DNA of 64,000 nucleotides from positions 579,524 to 643,523 of the forward strand of contig CAXBMO010000001.1 of the NCBI GenBank assembly GCA_963977015.1, in the 5' to 3' direction. Made by a program: the position numbers and the translations under genes. Positions 55,579 to 64,000 of this stretch are shown here, piece by piece (position 1 is the first letter of the stretch; each line of letters opens with the position of its first letter). Below the pieces are notes generated by a model that was not told where the DNA came from, made no database searches, and worked only from the letters and a program-made list of their open reading frames with translations. This stretch comes from an uncultured bacterium. Its GTDB lineage: Bacteria > Verrucomicrobiota > Verrucomicrobiia > Verrucomicrobiales > DEV007.

Positions 55579-57072
55579 ATGACTGAAGACGTGCCTGCTG
55601 CCTACAAGAAACTCGCAAAGATGTCTGAAGAGGCCTACTTGCTGGATTGCACCGCAGCCTTGGCCAGTTGGGATCAGGAGACGAACATGCCTCACGAGGG
55701 CGTTGAATTTCGTGCCAAGCAAGCCGCCTATTTGCGAGGCAAGCAGCATCAGTTGGTCACATCGAAGAAAGTGGACGACTGGATCACCGAATGCGAGGAC
55801 GCGGCGTTGCCGAGAACGAGCGAAGAAGGCGTCAACATTCGCGAGTGGCGCTATCACTTCGAGCGTGAGGCGAAATTGCCCAAGAAGCTGGTCGAGGAAT
55901 TCGAGGAAACCTGCGCGTTGGCGCACGCAGCCTGGGTGGATGCCCGAAAAGCGTCCGATTTCTCCAAGTTTCAGCCTCATCTGGAAAAGGTCCTCAAGTT
56001 GCGGTTGGAGCAGGCCGAGTGTTGGGGATACGAGGACGAGCCCTACGATGCGCTGCTCGAAAAGTATGAGCGTGGCGCAAAAACGCGTCAAATTTCCAAG
56101 CTGTTCGACGATCTGCAACCGGATCTGGTGGATCTGGTGGCCGATGCCACGTCCGGGCGCAGCCGGATTCCGAAAGACATGCTGGCCGGACGCTACAGCG
56201 AGGCGAAACAGAAGGAGCTCAATCGCATGGTCGCGGAAGATATTGGTTTCGACTTCAACGCCGGGCGGATTGACACTGCGGTTCATCCGTTTTGCACCAC
56301 GTTGGGGCCGCGCGACGTCCGCCTCACCACGCGATACGATGAAAAAGACTTCACAAGCTCGCTCTACGGAGTGTTGCACGAAGCCGGGCACGGGATTTAT
56401 GAGCAGGGCCTGCCCGGTGGCGAACACGCGACGCTTCCGATTGCCCGGGCGGTTTCCCTCGGAATTCACGAATCCCAGTCGCGACTTTGGGAGAATCATG
56501 TCGGGCGCAGTGCCGCCTTCTGGAAGAAATGGCTGCCCACGGTGAAGAAACTCTTTCCCAAGCTGGAGAAAGTGACGCCCAAGAAAATGACCCAGGCGGT
56601 GAACCGGGCCCAAAAATCGTTCATTCGGGTGGAGGCGGACGAGGTCACCTACGATCTCCACGTTCTGCTGCGATTCCGGCTCGAACGCGCCCTTGTGAAC
56701 AAGGAATTGCCGGTATCCGATCTTCCCGGCGCTTGGAACGAGATGTTTGAGGAGTTGTTTGAGATGGAAGTTCCGGATGACGCTCACGGCTGTCTTCAGG
56801 ACGTCCACTGGAGTTTTGGATTGATCGGCTATTTCCCAACCTACAGTCTCGGCAACATCAATGCGGCGCAGCTGGCTCGGCGCGCCATGATTGATTCCAC
56901 CATTGCCGAAGACCTTGAAAAAGGGGAGTTCTCCAGCCTCCGCGAATGGCTCAATGAGAAGATTCACAGCCAGGGAACGCGGCATTTACCGCCGGATTTG
57001 ATAAAAAATGCCACTGGAGAGAAGCCGCAGGCACATTATCTGCTGGAGCATTTGCGCGAGCGCTATATCTAG
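55579..57072 (+). CDS. Carboxypeptidase M32 (Taq-like)
   Basis: WDQETNMP, HPFC, LHEAGHGIYEQG, HESQSR, IRVEADE, GCLQDVHW, GYFPTYSLG. Confidence 0.96.
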   Translation: MTEDVPAAYKKLAKMSEEAYLLDCTAALASWDQETNMPHEGVEFRAKQAAYLRGKQHQLVTSKKVDDWITECEDAALPRTSEEGVNIREWRYHFEREAKLPKKLVEEFEETCALAHAAWVDARKASDFSKFQPHLEKVLKLRLEQAECWGYEDEPYDALLEKYERGAKTRQISKLFDDLQPDLVDLVADATSGRSRIPKDMLAGRYSEAKQKELNRMVAEDIGFDFNAGRIDTAVHPFCTTLGPRDVRLTTRYDEKDFTSSLYGVLHEAGHGIYEQGLPGGEHATLPIARAVSLGIHESQSRLWENHVGRSAAFWKKWLPTVKKLFPKLEKVTPKKMTQAVNRAQKSFIRVEADEVTYDLHVLLRFRLERALVNKELPVSDLPGAWNEMFEELFEMEVPDDAHGCLQDVHWSFGLIGYFPTYSLGNINAAQLARRAMIDSTIAEDLEKGEFSSLREWLNEKIHSQGTRHLPPDLIKNATGEKPQAHYLLEHLRERYI

Positions 57073-57159
57073 ACCCGCTTTTTGAGGGGGAAAGAGAATC
57101 GTTAGCACCTGTCATCGGCTTCCAAAGTCACGGTCGCCGAATCTAATTTCACGATCGTC

Positions 57160-57684
57160 ATGTCTATTCTCGGAGCTCAAGCCATTCTTAACGCCATCGA
57201 AACCGGAGACATCTCCATAACCCCGTTTCAAGCCGACCACGTTGGCCCCGCCTCAGTTGATCTCACGTTGTCGAGCACCTTTCGGGTCTACCGCAAAGTT
57301 CATCAAATCCATCACGTCCGCGAGGATACCGACTACCGCGACATCACCGAGAAAGTTGAAGTGGAAGAAGGCAGCCACATGCTCATCATGCCCGGCGAAA
57401 CCGTCCTCGGTATCACTCAGGAACGCCTGCGCCTCGGGCCTGGCCTCTGCGGCTGGCTGGAAGGGCGAAGCCGCTTCGCCCGCCTCGGTCTCATGGTCCA
57501 CATCAGCGCGCCGTTCATGGGCCCGGGCATCGACAGCCAACAAGTCCTCGAGATGAGCAACTTCGGTCCCGCGCCGCTCGCAGTCTATCCCGGAACCCCA
57601 ATTTGCCAATTCGTCTTCCAGCAGTTGAATGGCACGGAACGCTATCAGGGCCGGTTCGCAGGGCAAACGGCCGACTCGTTTTAG
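57160..57684 (+). CDS. dcd: dCTP deaminase
   Basis: PASVDLTL, PGETVLG, EGRSRFARLGL, LEMSN, ICQ. Confidence 0.88.
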   Translation: MSILGAQAILNAIETGDISITPFQADHVGPASVDLTLSSTFRVYRKVHQIHHVREDTDYRDITEKVEVEEGSHMLIMPGETVLGITQERLRLGPGLCGWLEGRSRFARLGLMVHISAPFMGPGIDSQQVLEMSNFGPAPLAVYPGTPICQFVFQQLNGTERYQGRFAGQTADSF

Positions 57685-57794
57685 AGTTGATCGGACTCAA
57701 TTCCGACTCTTTCGTGGGATAAACCGGCCCAAAAAAAGCGCTGCCGACTTCTTGCCGACAGCGCTTGAAATTCGGGTTTCTTCTCTCAGAGGAA

Positions 57795-58169
57795 TCAATC
57801 CGGCTTGTGCTCGCTGTGGCAGGACTTGCAGTTGGAAGCTTCCTTGACGGCGCTGATGCGCTCGGGAGATTCGCCGGCATAGGCAAGGGCACCAGTCGCG
57901 GTGATCAAGGCTTCCACTTTGGCATCGTAGCCTTCCTGCTCACCAACGGGGGCTTCCGTGCCGCGAAGCGTGCGGGAAAGCTCGTAAAGCGTGGCGTAAT
58001 CGTCAGCGGTGGCGGCACCTGCTTTGATCTTGCCGAAGGGGCTTTCGTCGCCCTTCAGGCCCTCTTTCATGACTTTTCCGATGATCTTATGGTTTTCATC
58101 GTCAGCGGTTGCAACGGTGACCATTCCGAGAACGATCATTGCACAAGTGGTAAGGTAGCTAAATCTCAT
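57795..58169 (-). CDS. Small periplasmic monoheme cytochrome c (C-terminal CxxCH, class II-like)
   Basis: Signal peptide, helical body, SNCKSCHSEHKP at the C-terminus. Confidence 0.8.
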   Translation of the reverse strand: MRFSYLTTCAMIVLGMVTVATADDENHKIIGKVMKEGLKGDESPFGKIKAGAATADDYATLYELSRTLRGTEAPVGEQEGYDAKVEALITATGALAYAGESPERISAVKEASNCKSCHSEHKPD

Positions 58170-58182
58170 GATGCGAATCGGT

Positions 58183-59040
58183 TTACTCGTGATTGAGCAG
58201 ATGCGCAAGCCACTCTTCGCAACGGGACGGCCACGAATGGATGGGTTGGCCCCGTTCAAGCATTCCGAACCCGTGTTTGCCATCGCTGAAGATGTGCAAT
58301 TCGGCCGGAACCTCCCTTTTACTCAAGGCGAGGTAAAACAAGGCGCTCCCATTGACGTGGGCGCCTCCGCGATCGTTGTGGGCATGGACGAGGAAGCACG
58401 GGGGGCTGTTCTCCGTGACGACAAATGCCGGGTTCAAGGTGTCGGTGGTGTCCTTTTTGAGCAACGCCGGGTAGACGAGAATCGCGAAGTCGGGTCGCAG
58501 GTGAGCTGGTAAATCTTTCGTTTCGACACCGTAGGCAAGATGCGCCGCCAGGTTGCCGCCGGCGGAAAACCCCAGAACGCCAATCTGGTCGCGATCAATC
58601 TCCCACGTTTCAGCATTCGCGTGGATCAGTTCCATGGCTCGCCGGGCGTCCTCCAGCGGAGCTGCATGAGGTTCGCGTCCCTCCCGCCGTGGAACCCGAT
58701 AGGTCAGGACAATCGCGGTATAGCCAAGTTCGTTCAACCAATCGGCGACCATGGTGCCTTCGTGGTTCATTGCCAGAATGTAGTAGCCGCCGCCGGGACA
58801 AATCAAAACGGCGGGCTTCAGGCCGTCGCCTTCTGCCGGGAAGATGTCGATCCGAGGCTGGCTGACGTTTCCGAGACGCGTAATCGCCGGATCGGCATCC
58901 GGTTTATCAAGCGGCATCCAAGCTTCCTCGCCAATGGTCTGGTTCTCCTCGCCGGGCGCGCCGTCGGGAAAGAGTTCGATCGTTTCCGCGGAGGCGTTGA
59001 GGGCAAGAAGAAGGAGGAAAAGAGGCAGAAGGGGGGTCAT
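58183..59040 (-). CDS. Exported alpha/beta hydrolase (carbohydrate esterase-like)
   Basis: ICPGGGY, GFSAGG nucleophile elbow, PDFAILVYP, HGFG. Confidence 0.9.
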   Translation of the reverse strand: MTPLLPLFLLLLALNASAETIELFPDGAPGEENQTIGEEAWMPLDKPDADPAITRLGNVSQPRIDIFPAEGDGLKPAVLICPGGGYYILAMNHEGTMVADWLNELGYTAIVLTYRVPRREGREPHAAPLEDARRAMELIHANAETWEIDRDQIGVLGFSAGGNLAAHLAYGVETKDLPAHLRPDFAILVYPALLKKDTTDTLNPAFVVTENSPPCFLVHAHNDRGGAHVNGSALFYLALSKREVPAELHIFSDGKHGFGMLERGQPIHSWPSRCEEWLAHLLNHE

Positions 59041-59055
59041 GAGAAGGAGAGGGGA

Positions 59056-59970
59056 TCAAATGATGAATTGCCGCAGATAGCGGGCACTGAGCCGGAGCGC
59101 GTCTTTCCGGCTTTCGAGGGAGCCGTCAAACGAGTGATCCTCGACCTCGACGCAAACCGGACCGTCGTAGCGGATGTCGCGGAGTTTGCTGATGAAGGCG
59201 CTCCAATCGACCTCGCCCAATCCGGGAAGCTTCGCGGTGTGATACTCCGTGGGGAAGGCTTGGAGGCCGAGCTGGCTCAGGGCCCGGCGATCCAGCCGCG
59301 CGTCTTTGGCGTGGGTGTGGAAGATGCGGTCGGCGAACTCGGCTATGGGTTCGAGGTAGTCGATGTGCTGCCAGATCAGGTGCGAGGGATCGAAGTTCAA
59401 CCCCAGATTCGGGCTCGGAAACTCGGCAAAAAGCCGACGCCAAACCGCCGGGCAGGTCGCGAGGTTCTCGCCGCCGGGCCATTGATCCTGGCGAAACAGC
59501 ATCGGGCAGTTCTCGATCCCCACGCGGACGTTTTCGCGTTCGGCGTGCTCCAGAATCGGTCCCCAGGTTTGCTGCATCCGCGGCCAATTATCGTCCACAC
59601 TCTTCCACCAATCCCGGCCGATGAAGGTGTTGACGCGGTCGATCCCGAGACGCGGCGCCGCTGAAATCACCTTCTTCAGATGATCCACCACAAAACCGGC
59701 CACGTGCTCATCGGGATGGAGCGGGTTCGGGTAGTAGCCGAGCCCGCTGATTTGCAAACCGCGCTCGGCGGCGGCCTTTCGAATCTGTTCCGCGTCGTCA
59801 TCGCTCAAGTTGGCGACATCGACGTGGCAAACGCCCTGAAGTCTCGGATCGTCCTGGTGCTGCGGCCAACAAACGAGTTCAACGCAGTCAAAGTTCTCTG
59901 TCGCCGCAAAATCGAGAACCTCGTGGAGGCCCAGATCATGGAACAGCGCGCTGACGAAACCGAGCTGCAT
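59056..59970 (-). CDS. Sugar phosphate isomerase/epimerase (xylose isomerase-like TIM barrel)
   Basis: YYPNPL, IENCPM, FDPSH, HTHAKD, PGLGEVDW, EVED. Confidence 0.9.
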   Translation of the reverse strand: MQLGFVSALFHDLGLHEVLDFAATENFDCVELVCWPQHQDDPRLQGVCHVDVANLSDDDAEQIRKAAAERGLQISGLGYYPNPLHPDEHVAGFVVDHLKKVISAAPRLGIDRVNTFIGRDWWKSVDDNWPRMQQTWGPILEHAERENVRVGIENCPMLFRQDQWPGGENLATCPAVWRRLFAEFPSPNLGLNFDPSHLIWQHIDYLEPIAEFADRIFHTHAKDARLDRRALSQLGLQAFPTEYHTAKLPGLGEVDWSAFISKLRDIRYDGPVCVEVEDHSFDGSLESRKDALRLSARYLRQFII

Positions 59971-60738
59971 TCAACCCTGCTTTTTGGGGGCGGGCTTTGG
60001 TTTTGGTCCGTGAACCTGCTCCGCGTTCGCCGGAATGCTGACGTCGCCAGGTTCCAAAATCTTGCCACCCGAAGTGTGTTTGATCACCAGGTCCTTGATT
60101 TGCACCTCCATTTTCGGCCCGCGATGCACCTGAAAGGCCAACACTCCGGAAAGCGCGCGTTTCCCGGCTTCCAGATCGATCACTTCAGCCGTCACGATGC
60201 CGTTCAGCTTGTGAATGATGTGATTGCCCTTCGCCTGAATCTCGTAGGTGTTCCATTTGCTGAGATCCACTTCCGCAGCTTTGCCGACGTTGCCCACCAA
60301 CATCTTTTTGCCCTCGGGGGTAATCACCACTTTCTGGCCGCGAGTCGCGACAATGCCGCGCCCTTTTTCCTCATACATCATCGCGCAATAATCGTTGCTG
60401 GGATGCGCGTCGCACTGATACCCGCTCACGACGAATTCGCCCAATTCATCGCGGCGCTTTGAGCGATATTGAATGCCTGAATTGTTGTTGCCCTCAACCT
60501 TCAGCTTCACGCTCAGGTCGAAGTCGGCCAACTCGCCGCCGTTCCAGATCAAAAACTTGTTGTAGGGCAGGCCGGTCTCCTCCGTCGTGGTTCCGGTCGC
60601 AACGCCGTCTTTGATCTCCCACAGCGCGGGATCGTAGGTCCACTGGCCCAGATCATCGAGTGGGCGGACTTCGTCGGCGAACAGGTTCGAAACGAGAGAT
60701 CCAACGAAGAGGAGCGACAGAAATAGGGGTTGTTTCAT
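59971..60738 (-). CDS. DUF1080 (3-keto-disaccharide hydrolase-like) exported protein
   Basis: WEIKDG, DFDL, NSGIQYRS, GYQCD, WNTYEI, GVLAFQVH. Confidence 0.88.
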   Translation of the reverse strand: MKQPLFLSLLFVGSLVSNLFADEVRPLDDLGQWTYDPALWEIKDGVATGTTTEETGLPYNKFLIWNGGELADFDLSVKLKVEGNNNSGIQYRSKRRDELGEFVVSGYQCDAHPSNDYCAMMYEEKGRGIVATRGQKVVITPEGKKMLVGNVGKAAEVDLSKWNTYEIQAKGNHIIHKLNGIVTAEVIDLEAGKRALSGVLAFQVHRGPKMEVQIKDLVIKHTSGGKILEPGDVSIPANAEQVHGPKPKPAPKKQG

Positions 60739-60894
60739 GATGGTCGTTAGCTCCACAATTTCGCGAAATCAAGGCTTGCGAACGATTTCCCGGATTCTGG
60801 TGAAGAGGCCACGCCTTTTACCCGACGAATGATTCAGGCACTTCCACATTGGTGGCAGTTTGCATTTCATCCAGTTTGATCAACAGTCCGAACT

Positions 60895-62250
60895 GTGGCA
60901 ACCACGACCGATTCCACCCAATCCTCTGAGCTGGATACCTTTATCCCGTATCTGCGCCAGGAACTCGTCCACATGTGTCTCGGGGATGGAGGCCTCAGCC
61001 AGGCCGAACAGCAGCAGTTTTGCGACTTTTGCGACATTTTCGCGGCCTACACCCACTTCCGTTCGCACATCGAGAACGAGAAGCTCAAGCTGGACTACGC
61101 GCCCTTCGATCCCGATTCCGAGATGAAGCTGCGCACGAAACACACGAGTGACGAGCTGGATGAAGCCGAAGCGCGGGTCGCCAATGCCTTTCGCGAGCTT
61201 GCCTCCAATGCCAACTTCCGGCAGATGACCCGGGAAGAGATCGAAGACAGCTTCCACAAGAAGAGTCTGCTGCTCGTCAATACCGATGTCGATCTCGACG
61301 TGTTTGATCAGGTCGAGTGCCATGTCCGGGGCCAGGACATGCGCGAAGGCCAGCGCGCCACCTGGTACATGGTGCCAAAGACCGTCACGGTCGAAGTCTG
61401 GCGCCGCGTCCTTATCCTCATCAAGTTCAAGGAGGACAAAGACCTCACCAAGGTTCAGAAGGAGCGCCTGAAAAAGGATCAACTGCCGTTCGAGCCCGGC
61501 AAATTCTACTCCTACCTCTACAAAGACGTTCCCAAGGACGATCTTGAGATCCTCTTTCCCAACGTCCGGGTTTCGATGAACATGGCCGACAAGATCAAGC
61601 TCGCGATTCCCGCGTTGGCCGGGATGATCGTCTTCATCGCCAAAAAAGGCCTCTCCCTCCTCATCCTGGTCGCCCTCATTCTCCTCGCTTTCGGCATCAA
61701 GCTCGACCGGCCCGAAGTCGAGGACGTCGACCCGAACAATCTCAAAACGGTCATCGCCGCGCTCGCCGGTCTTGCCGCCCTGCTCACGCTCGCCTTCAAG
61801 CAGTGGACCAAGTTCAAGGCCAAGCGCATCGCCTTCCTCAAGGAAGTCTCCGATCACCTCTTTTTCCGCAGCATCGCGAACAACCGTGCCGTCTTCAATC
61901 GGATGACGGAAAGTGGGGAAGAGGAGGACTGCAAGGAAGCGCTCCTGCTCTACTATCACCTGCTGGTGCAAAGCAAGCAGGGCCAACAGCTCAATCGCGA
62001 GCAGCTCGACGGCATCGTTGAGGGGTGGATGGGCAAAAACTTCGACACGATCATCGATTTCGACATCGACGACCCGGTCGAGAAACTGAAAAAGGTCGTC
62101 GGCAAAACCAACGCAGGCGAAGAGAAGCCCCTTCTCGTCGAGGACGCCCAAGGCAAGCTCCACGTTCCCAGCCTCCAAGAGGCCAAGGAGATCATCGACA
62201 ACATCTGGGACGACGCCTATCAGTTCAGCGATACGTGCCCGGAGGTCTGA
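60895..62250 (+). CDS. DUF3754 / TMEM143-like membrane protein
   Basis: FIPYLRQELV, LKLDYAPFDPD, YKDVPKDDLEILFPN, two TMs, LFFRSIANN, EEDCKEALLLY, DFDIDD. Confidence 0.78.
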   Translation: MATTTDSTQSSELDTFIPYLRQELVHMCLGDGGLSQAEQQQFCDFCDIFAAYTHFRSHIENEKLKLDYAPFDPDSEMKLRTKHTSDELDEAEARVANAFRELASNANFRQMTREEIEDSFHKKSLLLVNTDVDLDVFDQVECHVRGQDMREGQRATWYMVPKTVTVEVWRRVLILIKFKEDKDLTKVQKERLKKDQLPFEPGKFYSYLYKDVPKDDLEILFPNVRVSMNMADKIKLAIPALAGMIVFIAKKGLSLLILVALILLAFGIKLDRPEVEDVDPNNLKTVIAALAGLAALLTLAFKQWTKFKAKRIAFLKEVSDHLFFRSIANNRAVFNRMTESGEEEDCKEALLLYYHLLVQSKQGQQLNREQLDGIVEGWMGKNFDTIIDFDIDDPVEKLKKVVGKTNAGEEKPLLVEDAQGKLHVPSLQEAKEIIDNIWDDAYQFSDTCPEV

Positions 62251-62349
62251 GGAAAATAAGTCCTATGGGACCTATAAGGCTCAGAGGACCAAGAGGGTGA
62301 CATCGCCGGAGCTGGAGGCCTCCTCTAAATTTTAGAATTCACCCCACAA

Positions 62350-62369
62350 TGTGCAAAACTTGTGGAAAA
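62350..62369 (-). promoter_or_regulatory. Two tandem DnaA boxes upstream of dnaB
   Basis: tgtgcaaaa (62350-62358) and tgtggaaaa (62361-62369) read TTTTGCACA and TTTTCCACA on the minus strand, matching TTWTNCACA. Confidence 0.55.
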
Positions 62370-62451
62370 GAATTTGGAATTCGAGGTTTACAGGATGTCG
62401 CCAAAAGTGAACCTAGCAGGTCAACACCTCCCTAACAGATACCTCCTCACT

Positions 62452-63924
62452 ATGCCATCCAATCGGAACACCTCACCCACCAACTATCCATCCAAAGGCA
62501 AGGGGGGGCAGCGTGGCGCTCCCAACCTTCAGGGGCAGCAGGGGGCTGAGGGACAGACCGAGATTCAGCGTGTCATTCCCAATAGTCCCGAGGCTGAGAA
62601 GTGTGTTCTCAGCTCCATGCTTCAGGCGCCCAACGAGTGCGTCGGCGAAGCCATGGTGCGCCTGAAAAAGGACCAGTTTTACAGCCCCGGTCGCCAGATT
62701 CTCTTCGAGACCATCGTCGAACTTCACGATAACGGACAACCGGTCGACATCGTCGCCATCACCCAGCTCCTTGGCGATCGAAAGATGCTCGATCAGGTCG
62801 GCGGCCCGGCAGAGCTTGCCGAGATCCTCACGTTCGCTCCCTCCGCTGCCCACTTCGGCTACTATGCGGACATCATTCGCGATAAATTCGTTCTTCGCGA
62901 GATCATTAAAAGCGCCAACGAGAACATCGGCCGCGCCTATGAGGAAGTCCCCAGCGTCGCCGCCTTGCTCGACGAGTTTGAGCAGGAAGTGCTCGCGATT
63001 CGCGAAGGCATCGACAAAGAGGACTCCATCAAAAACATGCGCGATCAGGTCATGGAGGCCATCGCCCTGATCGAGGAGCAATTTAACAACAAAGACGGCA
63101 CCTCCGGCATCTCCACGGGTTTCAGCGACCTCGACAAAATGTCCAACGGCCTGCACGGCGGGGAGATGTTCGTCCTCGCCGCCCGTCCCTCGATGGGCAA
63201 GACCTCGTTCGTCATGAACATCGTGGAGCACGTCGCCCTGCGGGAGAAAAAAGCTGTCGCCGTCTTCAGTCTGGAGATGAGCAGCCTCTCTCTCGTCCAA
63301 CGTCTGCTCTGCTCGCAGGCCGCCATCGACATGAACAAGATGAGGAGCGGCTTCCTCAGTGAGAAGCGCGACTTCCCCCGCCTCACCCAGGCCGCCTCCC
63401 GCCTCGCCGAAGCCAAGATTTACATCGACGACACGCCCAGTCTCAGCATCATGGCCATGCGGGCCAAGGCGCGTCGCCTCAAGAAACAACACAACATCGA
63501 GCTGATCGCGATCGACTACCTTCAGCTCATGCGCTCGGAATCCCGCCGCGCACAGGACAACCGGCAACAGGAAGTCGCGGAAATCTCCTCCGGCGTCAAA
63601 GCGATCGCCAAGGAGCTCAACGTCCCCGTCATCGTCCTCGCCCAGCTGAACCGGGGACCTGAAACGCGTGCCGGCAGCAACCGTCCCAAACTCAGTGACC
63701 TTCGTGAATCCGGTTCCATCGAGCAGGACGCCGACGTCGTCGGGCTCCTCATGCGGGACGCCTACTATGCGGAAAGTGACGAAGAGCGCGAAGACATGGC
63801 CGGTCGCTCCACCCTCATCATCGCCAAACAGCGGAACGGCGCCACCGGCGACGTCCCGCTCACCTTCCGCGCCGAACTCATGCGCTTCGAAGACCGGGCG
63901 CGGGACGAGTTTGACGAGGATTAA
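62452..63924 (+). CDS. dnaB: Replicative DNA helicase
   Basis: PNSPEAE, ARPSMGKT, FSLEM, IDYLQLM, AQLNR, DLRESGSIEQDAD, IAKQRNG; no intein. Confidence 0.98.
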   Translation: MPSNRNTSPTNYPSKGKGGQRGAPNLQGQQGAEGQTEIQRVIPNSPEAEKCVLSSMLQAPNECVGEAMVRLKKDQFYSPGRQILFETIVELHDNGQPVDIVAITQLLGDRKMLDQVGGPAELAEILTFAPSAAHFGYYADIIRDKFVLREIIKSANENIGRAYEEVPSVAALLDEFEQEVLAIREGIDKEDSIKNMRDQVMEAIALIEEQFNNKDGTSGISTGFSDLDKMSNGLHGGEMFVLAARPSMGKTSFVMNIVEHVALREKKAVAVFSLEMSSLSLVQRLLCSQAAIDMNKMRSGFLSEKRDFPRLTQAASRLAEAKIYIDDTPSLSIMAMRAKARRLKKQHNIELIAIDYLQLMRSESRRAQDNRQQEVAEISSGVKAIAKELNVPVIVLAQLNRGPETRAGSNRPKLSDLRESGSIEQDADVVGLLMRDAYYAESDEEREDMAGRSTLIIAKQRNGATGDVPLTFRAELMRFEDRARDEFDED

Positions 63925-63934
63925 GCCGGGAAAG

Positions 63935-64000
63935 AGCGGCATCCAAGCGGCATCCAAGCGGCATCCAAGCGGCATCCAAGCGGCATCCAAGCGGCATCCA
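63935..64000. repeat. 11-bp tandem repeat (agcggcatcca), 6 perfect copies running off the window end
   Basis: Read directly, starting 10 nt after the dnaB stop. Confidence 0.95.

Noticed and set aside
55519-56985. 488-aa minus-strand ORF
   Set aside because: Antisense to the clear M32 carboxypeptidase and has no recognisable motifs
60880-62178. 432-aa minus-strand ORF
   Set aside because: Antisense shadow of the DUF3754 gene, explained by codon bias
62259-62298. Short degenerate repeats (gtcctatg ggacctata ggaccaaga)
   Set aside because: REP-like, but a single weak occurrence in the window cannot be supported
62473-63990. 505-aa minus-strand ORF
   Set aside because: Antisense shadow of dnaB; its N-terminus is the translated 11-bp repeat
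63935-64000. Possible CRISPR array
   Set aside because: 11-bp units with no spacers and no cas genes; a simple tandem repeat

Overview
Gene-dense bacterial chromosome segment, most likely from Verrucomicrobiota (Verru_Chthon cassette A-type pilin-like giant, long-linker FtsZ, eukaryote-type UDP-GlcNAc pyrophosphorylase, PVC-style TPR/ExbBD/vWA operon); the taxonomy is inferred from gene content only. It is mostly housekeeping and envelope genes: ftsQAZ, pilD, def, gpsA, menD, rpe, proC, glmS, glgC, tyrS, dcd, dnaB and tRNA-Val(GAC). Accessory blocks are a LacI-regulated ribose/nucleoside uptake plus sulfatase cluster next to the tRNA, a four-gene glycan-modification cluster, and two ExbB/ExbD motor operons. 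The most unusual structure is a ~0.6 kb insert at the 3' end of rpe. It is flanked by a 37-bp direct repeat and contains an HRDC fragment, a 29-bp inverted repeat and the N-terminus of a reverse transcriptase resembling DGR RTs, so it is probably a decayed diversity-generating retroelement. Other candidates for undescribed systems are a TPR-TPR-ExbB-ExbD-ExbD-vWA operon whose vWA protein may replace TonB, and an HdrA-like Fe-S protein pair lying directly upstream of ftsQAZ. All calls come from motif recognition by eye; no database searches were run.
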